Shown piece by piece: positions 53,180 to 63,487 of a stretch of DNA of 63,487 nt. Position 1 is the first letter of the stretch; each line of letters starts with the position of its first letter. The notes under the pieces are model-generated. The model did no database searches, was not told where the DNA came from, and was given only the letters and a program-made list of their open reading frames with translations. The stretch comes from Proteromonas lacertae (Eukaryota), in assembly GCA_002245135.1 (NCBI GenBank), contig NGBS01000313.1:62001-125487 (forward strand), written 5' to 3'. Position numbers and translations under genes: made by a program.

Positions 53180-53244
53180 AATTGTTTTCATACACCTAAA
53201 ACGATCAAAAGATGTTAATTAAATAAATATGAATTTTGATATAT

Positions 53245-55989
53245 TTAAGGAGTAGGAACATTTATTTCTTCTGGAGATATTCTGTGATGATGTATTTCTT
53301 TCATTCTACAACGACATATACAATAACAACAAGCTAGTATCAAAAATAGAACAGCTACGCAAGCAGCTGATATTAATACTATATAAACAGGCTTCATTGT
53401 AGTTGATTCTGTAATACCACCATTCTCACTATCTGACTTCTTTGATGTTGGATTTACAATATATTGAGGGTTTTGACAAACAAGATCTACCTTCTTACCT
53501 GTAAAAGGATCAACAGAAATAATAGGTAATGGAAGAAGATTATATTCTTTAATTGGATCATTTTCATTATCATAGAATATACCAGTAATAACAAGTGAAT
53601 AATTCTGTGAAGAGGTTGAAATACTATCAGCACTAATGATTATTTCAGCAGCAAAATTTGATATAGTGTCATTACTATAATAGCATGGAGGAATAGTAAC
53701 AACTTGAACATTATTAGTATTATCTTCTTGTGATAGACTATTTGGATGGATTATTGTGTTATTCACTTTTACTTTTAAGTGTAAATGATTTAATAAATAG
53801 GATGTTGCTCTATAATCAACTGGTGGATCATTCCATACTAAAGTAACTTTGAATTGCTGTGTAACTTAAAAAAACATTAAGAAATACAATGACATTTATA
53901 AAAATATAAAAGAAAAGATATGTTAAAGTAATATTTGTATGAATGAATCTCATTTGAAGAAATACTTTCTTCTTCTAATAATGATAATCGAAAGTGAGGA
54001 TTATCTGCAAAATATAAGATTCTATCTAAGGAAGCAATTCCAAACCCTTGACGATTGTTTGGCCATTTATCAAACAAATTCTTAGATTCTTGTCTTGAAT
54101 AATATCCTTTTGCATTTTCACCACTATGAATTAACATTGCCTTTACTAATGAAGAGGTTGGAGTAAACCCATTTCCTGATACTTTTGTTCCTGTTGGATA
54201 ATATCCTTCCTGTAAATACTGTTCAATAATTGCAACAGCAGAAGCACCTAATGGAGTAGCCATTGATGTACCAGAGAGTTGAAAGTAAGAGCAATGCTCA
54301 TAATTATCATTCTCTATTGCTTGTGATGAATATATACTTCTTCCCATTACAACTATATCAGGTTTGATTCGATTATCATTAGTTGGACCTAGTGAAGAGA
54401 AATATGAAATATAATATCTCGAACTATTCAGTATATACATAATAGTAATAATAGAATATATATACTCATCTGTTTCATCTTCATTAAAATCAGGTCTATT
54501 ATTTGAACCAACAGAAATCCCATTTTTGAATTGAGCTTCTGAAGTTATTGTTGGATATCTAAATAATAATAACAATTATATTATACGGATAATAACCATA
54601 GTTATTAGCAGCTATAAGTGCAACATGAGTAGGATTTGCATATAAGAATCTATCAAGATTATAAGATTCTATTGTATATTTATATTCATCAGTTCCCCAA
54701 CTCATACTTGAAACAATACATCCATCATCCATTAATAATTTTAAATATTCTTCGCCAATGTCAATTGGTGTATATATATTTACACCACCTTCTCCTAAAT
54801 CCCAAAATAATATTTTACTATCATATGCTAAAGATTAAAATAAATGTTAAAAATGAACTAAATAACAAACAATAACTATAGGAGGGAAAAATGATATTTT
54901 TGAACTATCGTCAGTTATACTATATCCTGAAGCAATACCACAAACATGTGTACCATGTCCATTACTATATACAATACAATACAAATACATACTTTGTATC
55001 TGTACTATCAACATAAATGAAATACTCAACTACTTTCCTATGATTCATGTTTATATTATTATAAACAATATTATTGTTTTTATCATAAAACATACAATGA
55101 TATATATCTAAGCCACTATCTCCAATTCCTAATAGTATATTTTTACCTGATAATTGGTGTTTCCAAGCTATTTCTTCACCTGTACTTAGACTTTGTAAAT
55201 ATTTTATATGACTAAAATCATCACTCTTTAATTGTCTACAGGAACTTGTGTGATTATTGCATGAATATTCTTCTTGAATAATTGGAATAATTCTCTTTTT
55301 ATGATTAATATAAACACTATCAATTTCATTTCGAGTGAGTAAATAACTTAAGATTTCATTCACTGATTCTGGCTCTATATACACTCTAAAACAAATTAAA
55401 TAAATAAACAATAATACAGAATATGTTTCAATGAAGATGATTTTGGCTTTAAAATACGAAATGAATTGAATTTTAATCGTCTCTTTAATGATTGTTTATG
55501 TGATTTGTCTTTTATCTTTTTTCTTATACTCTTTGTGTCTTTCATAAGCTTAATTATCCTTTCATTGTCAATTACGTCGTCTAATACTTTTGTTTCCTTC
55601 ATCTTTGTTTTATATGGTGATATTATGCTATTTACTTCATTCAAGTAATCTTCAACTTCATTCAATAGATGTATTAACTGATCTTCACTTTTGAGGTGGT
55701 TTTCTCTAAATTTTATTATATATTCATTATTTGTTGAATTTTTATTCTTAATAAAAATCAATTTCATAATTACACTCATTTCTTCATATTCTAGAGTGCA
55801 ATCTTTATATTCAGAAAAACAATTCTTTATTTCACTTTCATTAGCATATATAATCATAGCTGTCTCATTAACACCTGATATAAACACACTTTTACCAAAC
55901 CATCCTTCAAAATCTACTCCTGAACTACAATTTGTCTTAATAACATATTCTTTTGGATCATTTTCAAATCTTCTAAATGATTGGTGGTA
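53245..55989 (-). CDS. Subtilisin-like S8 protease copy 2, first exon missing or displaced
   Basis: IGDSGLD, GHGTHVCG, RIKPDIV, SGTSMATP, TM helix and Cys tail. Homology to copy 1 extends to the intron-1 acceptor (TAG at 55990-55992) and then stops. Confidence 0.8.
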
Positions 55990-56629
55990 CTATAAAATAT
56001 ATGTATAACCGTAAGAATATCACTGTATGTGGGTAAACCGTACCAGACTATTCTTAGGTGCCTTCTACAGATAAGAATAAGCGATTTGAGTGTGAATTAG
56101 TTTTTGGTACGGGTTATACTGGAGCAAGCGGTGAATTTTAAATTGTGTATATATTTTAGTGTGTGAATAAATTTATGGGTCAAATTCTATTTTTATATTT
56201 TTAATAGTTTTTAGCGTAGGATAATAGAGAAATAGATAAGTAGCTACCTGTTCTACCCCGGCAGGGTAGCTACTTTATAGAATAAGAAATGTATTTCTAT
56301 GTAAGTAAGTAGCGTGTCCTGTGTAGCCTGACTAGGACTTAGTGATTAAATAGTGTGATGGCCAAGCTACAGAATGCGTTCTTACTTTTTTTTTGGTTAT
56401 TTTTTTCATTTATCAATTTATTCATGGATTTATATACTGTAGTTAAAAACATTCAAAAGAATTTAAATAGTATCAAAAATATATATTTAAAGAATTATCT
56501 GCAGTATTCTATATTTTTTACTAAATCGAAATTCTGACGAGAAACTGTTGTTATAAACAGAAAAAAGAAACAGTTTTGATTTTCCTGAAATTTTAGAAAA
56601 AACCGTTTTTTATCAAAAAAATATAAAAT

Positions 56630-57109
56630 ATGTGTGCTTCAGTAAACTTTGCTTTCTTTTGTTCATTTAGAAATAATGAAGATTATTTAGATAAGTGTAT
56701 ATGTGGAACATGTAAGTTTTACTTATATTTTAACCATAATATAAGTGCAGTTTTAGATAGCCCATTACCTAAGGAAGAGATAAAGTCTTATAATGAATTC
56801 TGTGCTATTTGCCATCAAAAGATGTGGACAAAGTATAGTGATAAGAGATATTATATGATGCTTTTCGATATTAAACCATCAGTAAAACCAAGAGGATTAA
56901 ATAGACATTATTTTGCAGTGTTTGATAAGTATATTGAATGGTTAACACTACCTGAAGGAATGGGAAGTGTTCATTTGAAGAAGAATCCTATGTTGAAACA
57001 TTATGTAAAGAAGAATTATATATTTGATGATAGTGATGATGATGAGGAAGAAGAAGCACAAGAAGAAGTTAAAGGAAACAATGATCAAACTACGATAAAC
57101 ATAGTCTAA
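56630..57109 (+). CDS. Viral hypothetical protein, Cys-rich (CxCxxC...CxxC) with acidic tail
   Basis: 159-aa intron-less ORF with CICGTC and CAICH, a possible Zn ribbon. Confidence 0.55.
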   Translation: MCASVNFAFFCSFRNNEDYLDKCICGTCKFYLYFNHNISAVLDSPLPKEEIKSYNEFCAICHQKMWTKYSDKRYYMMLFDIKPSVKPRGLNRHYFAVFDKYIEWLTLPEGMGSVHLKKNPMLKHYVKKNYIFDDSDDDEEEEAQEEVKGNNDQTTINIV

Positions 57110-57245
57110 ATTTTAAAAACGAATCTTTATCTTAAAATGATTTGGGACAGGGTTTAAAAATATGCGTAATTTAATAAAAATCATATAATATAATAAAAAT
57201 ATAATAAATTTTATAATAAACATAATAAAATAATCATAATAAAGA

Positions 57246-58031
57246 TTAAAATGGTTCTGTAACACCTGTATCCATCCACTCTGTTATAATAACTTGAGGT
57301 GGGAATGCTTGATATGAATATGCATCAAGACCTTTTCGTTCTATATAAAGATTACATTTATTATTATTATTTCTTAATATAGGCCAAAAACATCCATAAT
57401 CATTAATTGCAGGTTGTGAAGTTTCATTTATTACACCTTGTATAGGGAAGTATATTCCATTACTACCATCTACAAAGTATGTTTCTAATAATTTGTTATA
57501 ATATTGTTGCAATAAATCTTCTTTACCTGGTTCAGCTTTAATAACATGATTGTCATCTAGATATAATATAAATCCATAACCATCATCATGATTTTTTAAA
57601 ACAAGGCCATTATATATTTTGATTCTCATAAAATGTTCAAACATTTGAATTTTTATAGGTACTTTTACAGTAGATTCATATTGATTGATGGAACCATCTT
57701 GAAATATATAGAAATTAACTGACCAATATGTATATTCAGTATGCAATAATTTAGGTGATACAGAATTATTAACTATTGTAGTGCTACCTCCAGAGCTATT
57801 ATTTACAACATTATATATTTCTTGACATTTACCATATATAGTATTTGTAGTAGTTTTGATATCATTAACAGGTGTAACTATATTATTTATTTGAGAGTCA
57901 GTATGATTATTAATAGGTTTAACAATAGTATCAGGATCAGTAGGTTGTATATTTATTTTGTCAGCTATATCTTTAGCAAGCTTATCTGTATCAATATTTA
58001 TATCTGAAGTATTTCGTTCCCCAATAAACAT
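57246..58031 (-). CDS. Viral hypothetical protein, possible fibre/spike
   Basis: Probable ATG at 58031 (MFIGER...). N-terminal helical/repetitive part, NNSSGGSTT linker, aromatic beta-rich C-terminus. Last gene of the structural block. Function is a guess. Confidence 0.5.
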   Translation of the reverse strand: MFIGERNTSDINIDTDKLAKDIADKINIQPTDPDTIVKPINNHTDSQINNIVTPVNDIKTTTNTIYGKCQEIYNVVNNSSGGSTTIVNNSVSPKLLHTEYTYWSVNFYIFQDGSINQYESTVKVPIKIQMFEHFMRIKIYNGLVLKNHDDGYGFILYLDDNHVIKAEPGKEDLLQQYYNKLLETYFVDGSNGIYFPIQGVINETSQPAINDYGCFWPILRNNNNKCNLYIERKGLDAYSYQAFPPQVIITEWMDTGVTEPF

Positions 58032-58075
58032 TTTTTGAATTAATAAACAATAAAATAATAAAATTAATAAAAACA

Positions 58076-58837
58076 TCAAGAAACTTCAGAATGATCTTCA
58101 ATCAAAATATTAAAGTTAGCTCTAAACACTTTTTTAACATTATCAATATATAAGAAGTTATATTGTGGCTTAGTAACAGCTAAATATAACTCTTTAAATG
58201 TTTCATATTCAGGTATCCATATATTCAATGAGTTATATAAGTCAAACAAATTTCTGTTACTCAATCCATAAAATGTTAAACAATAATCTACTTGTGATCT
58301 TGCTGAAGGTACTATATCAGTAATATATTGACTACTAATTATAATTTTTGATTTTAAATGTCTATTTTCTTTCATTAATACTGGTATGATATTAGCTGTT
58401 TTCAACTCTAAACTAAGATCATCAAATATTATAATATGTTCTGCATACTCATAATTATCTTTGTTTGTATCATCAATTGATTTCATTAACTTCTCTACTA
58501 AATTATCTCCTGAGTAAGGATCATATAAAGAATCGTTTTCATCATAACTAATTTCATTATAATCTAACAACTCTTTAATTGAATCATATATTCTATCTTG
58601 TTTGATTGTACCTACGAAAAAATGTACATGTTGTTTTTTCTTATATTTTGGATCTATAATATGTCTTAATATATTGTATATCAAAGTGGTTTTCCCACTG
58701 TTCTTACGTGCCACAATAAAAATATTACAGAAAGGCTCGTTAAAGTAATCATAACCCAGAATTTTCTTAGGATCAAATGACTCACCACCATCAACAGGTT
58801 CAATTTGTATGTTATTTATTTTTTCAAATTTAAACAT
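58076..58837 (-). CDS. A32-like (FtsK/HerA) DNA packaging ATPase
   Basis: Walker A IFIVARKNSGKTT, Walker B HIIIFDD, ENRH arginine motif and IIISSQ sensor, as in Polinton/virophage/NCLDV ATPases. ATG at 58837. Confidence 0.92.
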   Translation of the reverse strand: MFKFEKINNIQIEPVDGGESFDPKKILGYDYFNEPFCNIFIVARKNSGKTTLIYNILRHIIDPKYKKKQHVHFFVGTIKQDRIYDSIKELLDYNEISYDENDSLYDPYSGDNLVEKLMKSIDDTNKDNYEYAEHIIIFDDLSLELKTANIIPVLMKENRHLKSKIIISSQYITDIVPSARSQVDYCLTFYGLSNRNLFDLYNSLNIWIPEYETFKELYLAVTKPQYNFLYIDNVKKVFRANFNILIEDHSEVS

Positions 58838-58907
58838 AGTACGTGTATTTATTATGTAGTGAGAAATCAAAAAATAAAAATAGAAGTCAATAATAAAGTA
58901 TTATTAC

Positions 58908-60325
58908 TTATACTACTTTTTCAACACCCCTTGGTCCAATAATCAATTGTTTACCAGTAATTATGTAGAACTTATGATGAATTGTACTTAGATTATTATT
59001 AGCATCAAATCGTTGATTTGAGCAATCCAAAGTAATTTTTAAATCACTTGCTAAGTCTTTACCAGCTCTTAATTTTAATTCAGTTAATCGATCACTACTG
59101 AAATTTAGAACATCAAAAAATGTATTGGGAAATGATAATGTACTACATTTATCATATATTGTATTTTGAATAATATTTCTCATATATTCCCATGTCTGAT
59201 ATTTTGCTGGATATAAATAATCAGGTGTATAAACGAAATCATTAATTTGCCATCTTATTCTATCTTGATTTTGATCAAAAGGAATAGTATCTCTATTATA
59301 TGCATCATTATAATATGCTCTGTACAATATAAATTTAACATAACTTCCTATGCTACTATTAATACTGAAGTTATAGTTAAAAGTATTACAACCAGATATT
59401 GGATCTTTAGTGATTTGAACTATATTAAAATCAGTAAAGTCAATAGGATGATGAGTTGAATAATTAATGGTATTAGCATTACATGTTGGATCTTTATTAT
59501 AACAAATGTAAAGTCTAGGGTTAATAATTCTCATTCCAACATGTTGTTGCCATGAATTAATCCAAACAGAACCATTACTATGATGCATCCAATTCATTAT
59601 AGGAGCAAATGTGAATTGAATATAAATGACTTCACCAAAATAAATATCATTCTTCAAAGCTAATATGGTATTATAGAAATCTGCAAAATGAAATCTACAG
59701 TATAGTTTTCCATGTAATATATCTTCTGTTGTTCCCATTTCTTCCCAATAATTCCAAACACCTCCATTTGCATTTAAAGTAGAATTAGAATTACATAAAG
59801 TTGTTTCAGCTATTTTATTATTTCTAATGCGTAAGCCATCAAATAAATATTCATAATAATGATAATCTTTTATATCATAAGGATACTGATTAGCAATTTG
59901 ATGAGCTAAATCTCGATATTCATTATAACTACTATCTAAATCACATAGAAGTGTTCCAGTTTTATTGTATACTTTGATAGTTCCAAAATTCATTGAATTC
60001 TTTAAATTTATATGATCTAACATTTTACCAGAAGTAGAATCAGTTACAGGTGAAATAGGTAATTTCCAATTTCCTGAACCTGAAGCTGCATGATCTCTTT
60101 TTGACCTGTAGTATAATCTAATTCAAATTCAAAGTAACTTTTAGATAGATTAACACAATTATCACCAGATATTTCAAATGTAATAGCATCACTGTTTGAA
60201 TTTAAAGATAAAACAGTCTCATTTCTGCTTTGGTTAGGTGTAACTAAAATATGATTGTAGACTGGTATATAAGCTGGCACAATGCTTTCATGTTTTTGTG
60301 AATTAGGTACAGCAGTGATTGACAT
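58908..60325 (-). CDS. Putative double jelly-roll major capsid protein (~472 aa after one frameshift correction)
   Basis: N-terminal ITFEISGDNCVNLSKSYFEFEL is a typical Polinton/PLV MCP start. Adding one A to the A5 run (60098-60102) fuses ORFs 60044-60325 and 58908-60023. Beta-rich, and located between penton and ATPase. Confidence 0.75.
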
Positions 60326-60378
60326 ATTTTATGTTATTTTAAAAAATCAAAAAATGCTTAAAAATAGCAAGAAATTTA

Positions 60379-61351
60379 TTAATACAAAATAATCTCAAAA
60401 TAAATAGGTAAGTTATTTAAATCAATTGCATAACCATCTTGTTGAGAGACTGATATATTCATTCGTTGATATTCGTGATATTGCATCTTTTTAGTTGTCC
60501 ATTCAATTTGTGGATTAGTGAATGTAGTATAATCTGCATTTATATCAGTTACAGGTATATTTGCTAAAACCATTGAATTCTCACCACTATTAACCCAGTC
60601 ACATCTAATTTGTATGAATGACACCCATAGTAAAGAAGGCTGATTTGGTAACAAATTAGAATAATAATTAAAATCTTTACTGAAATATGCATCACTTAAA
60701 TGATTTGCATGATAAATTGATATACTTTTATTTATTTCATCTAAACCAAATAACTTATATGCTAAGTTAGGGAATTCCATACTAAAATCTGTAAAGTAAT
60801 ATTTTCCGAAATGAGTAATATAATTAAATTGTAACTTTAATCTATTTTCTGAAGTTTTTTCAAATTGAAGTACATCTGTTTGATCATTTACTTTACGAAA
60901 TGGAAATCTATTTGCAAAATCTTCATCTGGTAATGGTGCTATTACATTATCAAATGCATAAAAAGTAAAATCTAAGAGATTTCTAGCAAAATAATCTAAT
61001 AATTCTTTTCCTGTATATTTTCTTTGAGGTATTTTAATATCAATAGTTTTATTTATAAGGTCCATTTTGGTTTTCAGGGGATGCCCATTTTATTGGATTT
61101 GTTTCATCTGGATTAATGCAGCTATAATAAGTAAAATTAAAGAGTATATGATCATTTACTTCGTCTTGTATTGTATAGAAGTTATTTGGTATAACTGCAG
61201 TAATTAAACTCATATATTGATATTTTTCAGTTATAGTTGGAGTATTAATACATCTTGTCCATCTATTTGAAAATTTTGAATCATAGTCTGATGTAGTTAA
61301 GAACAATGATCTTCTATTATTTATAACATTATTACCATCTTTAGGTTGCAT
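60379..61351 (-). CDS. Putative minor capsid (penton) protein (~323 aa after one frameshift correction)
   Basis: SLITAVIPNNFYTI..ND, IKIPQRKYT..EL, IQIRCD..VLANIPV and MNISVSQQDGYAIDLNNLPIYFEI match Polinton/PLV penton motifs. An extra base near 61053 splits the ORF. Confidence 0.8.
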
Positions 61352-61428
61352 TATGTTTTATAATTGTTGAGAAATATTAAAATATAATTTTATTTGAATT
61401 ATTCTTTAATTTATATATTGTTATATAT

Positions 61429-63487
61429 ATGCAACCACAACCTCAAGATAACAATTCAAATGATGAAGAAGATGAACCAACAGATGATGATTATGAATAT
61501 GAAGAAGATGAAGATAATGTACCTATTGATATGAACAGAATAAGACATAGAAGAAGACATAGAAGGAATCAAGTCATACCATTTCAAGATATAAGCGAAG
61601 ATGATTTGAATAACTATGTGAATCAAGAAGTGAAAAGATTTAACAAAGCATTGATTATGCAATATAGACTAATTCCTATAGGATGGCCAAATCATGAATT
61701 TAATAGAATATATAATTTATATGATGAACATATGAAAATGTTTAATTGGTGTAAGAATTTATTTGTAACAGGTCCTTTTGCACATGGTAAACCATTAGAA
61801 GCTTATAATCCCAAAATTAGCAGGAAATGAAAATTCTGCTAATGCAAGAGAATGTGGAATTTTTAAAACCCGTATAGCAGATGGTATTGATAAATTGTGT
61901 ATGGCATCTGATTTTATATTACAAAGAAATCCATTTGTTGTTTTACACCCAAAAGAGAGAATAGGTGTTACACAACTAGAAAATAGAAGAATTAAAAAAA
62001 CTCATTATGAAATTGATGAAAGACATCCAGAACCAGAAAATGATTTTAACATAATGAATAATGAACATTATAATAGTGCAGCTGAAATAAGAGCAGAAAA
62101 TGTTATGCAAAATAGACATGATAATATGGTAAGAGGAGTATTAGTAAACGCAGACAATGGAAGTAATGATAATAACAATAATAACAACAATGGAAATAAT
62201 AACAACGATAATAATGAAAATAATAACAACAATGCAAATTATGATTTAATTAGCTTTTGTGATTCTCTGAAAGATAAATTAAAGTTTTATATAGGTCGTT
62301 TAATGAGAACTAAATTTTGGTATTTAACAAATCAAAAAGAAGAAACAGCTTATTCAATTGCGTTAATCATATACAATGCGTAACTGATTTGTATATATTA
62401 GCTTTATATTATATACCAATATTAAAAGATAAGTTAAGTGGTAATTATCAAAATGATAATGAATATACTTTACCATATCATCCTGATAGAAGAAATTTTA
62501 TGGGATTACCAGATGGTGATAATAGAACAGGATATAGATATAACTATTTAGCAACTATACAAAAAATATTAACAGAAGCTCATGTACCACAAGGTCAAAT
62601 CAATACAAATATATTTGCTAATCCTATAACTTTTAGAATGAATAGAGCTTTAGATACACAACTTAACCGTCAAATTAAACATAGAAGATCAGTTCCAGCT
62701 TATGTTGGAATGAATGTTGCAGATCATAGAAATTGGAGATATGTTGCACCAGCTAATTATCCTCCTGCTCATCCATCAATTACTGCAGATTTGATTGATA
62801 GAAATGTTAATGCATTTTATAATGCATCACCTGCAAATAGTGATAGTGAAGATAATTATAATAATCCTATCAAGTAGTGGATACTGAAGAAGATTCAGAC
62901 ACTTATGATCTTGGTGATATGAATAATCAAATACCACCTCCTCCTTTACCACCAAGACCTATACCAGCAAGAACTGATCAACAACAACAACCACCTCCAC
63001 CTCCTCCTGTATCAAATGTATCTAGATCTAATGTAATTAGTTTAAGTAATCAATTTAATCCTCATCATCTTATACCATCTGATAGATTTTCATTTTTAGT
63101 ACCAGATGATTTGCTTAATGCTATACCAAATCCAAATAGAGACTTTAATAAATCTCATAGATTTTTAGCTAATAGAGAAAATGGTGCAAAAATAGGTGTA
63201 ACTAGGATAATACAAGAGTTTTATACACAATTGTTAACAAATAATGGTAAAATCTATTCAATTGATGCATTTATACATAACCATAATCCACCTTGTACAA
63301 TTGTAGATGAAAATTCAAGCAAGAGTTATATGTTCTTTACTGATTGGGTTAGAGAAGAAAACATCAATTTACCTTTATTACCTAGATCTAAATATAATGC
63401 AACTGAAGTAAATGATATACCTCAAAATTACAGTAGTATCAATATGATGTTTTGGATATGATTACAATAGAAATATATATTCATATA
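61429..63487 (+). CDS. Large viral ORF, N-terminal part (3' partial, ~4 frameshifts), function unassigned
   Basis: ORFs 61429, 61895, 62317 and 62877 can be fused by single-base corrections near 61811, 62357, 62866 and 63435, and the frame stays open to the window end. Acidic, Arg-, Asn- and Pro-rich tracts; no catalytic motif visible. Confidence 0.55.

Larger units (their letters stand above)
56003..63487. mobile_element. Endogenous Polinton-like/MELD-type dsDNA virus (left end; continues beyond the window)
   Basis: Intron-less compact genes: minor capsid, major capsid and A32 ATPase in one block, plus a divergent large ORF. GC-richer palindromic terminal region. Abrupt break in a host gene. 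Confidence 0.85.

Noticed and set aside
56007..56014. Tc1/mariner-type terminus (TA + CCGTA)
   Set aside because: No transposase or matching right TIR is visible, and the motif is better explained as one of the repeated terminal sites.
56355..56537. 60-aa ORF in the element terminus
   Set aside because: Short and low complexity within the structured non-coding end; no support.
60090..60110. Programmed ribosomal frameshift in the MCP
   Set aside because: No X XXY YYZ slippery heptamer, and similar indels occur in many genes, so error or decay is simpler.

Overview
Very AT-rich, gene-dense eukaryotic DNA with short GT-AG introns (several of 26-36 nt). Intron size, a mitochondrion-type leader on BCAT and an aureochrome-type bZIP-LOV gene point to a non-photosynthetic stramenopile, most likely a Blastocystis/Proteromonas-like gut protist (inference). 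Bases 1-56,000 hold host genes: two tandem Crinkler/RHS-like NTPase-SAP genes, a degraded PQ-loop gene, zf-RanBP2-ASCH, BCAT, U6 snRNA, a Dad2-like gene, apyrase, a perfect 7.3x 121-bp tandem array, PA28, a SelT-like gene, VPS26, four lid-less Hsp70s, transketolase, two BASS transporters, a MAP3K-SH3 kinase, a Cys-less aureochrome-like factor, BTB-Ig-SPRY, an ~11-kb class C GPCR-like gene with about nine tandem periplasmic-binding domains, a DUSP and two membrane subtilases. From ~56,003 to the window end lies an intron-less endogenous Polinton-like (MELD-type) virus region. It encodes minor capsid, major capsid, an A32 packaging ATPase and a large divergent ORF, and appears to be inserted in the first intron of the second subtilase. 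Single-base frameshifts are frequent in paralogous and viral genes and may be long-read errors. All protein calls come from motif recognition by eye; no searches were run.
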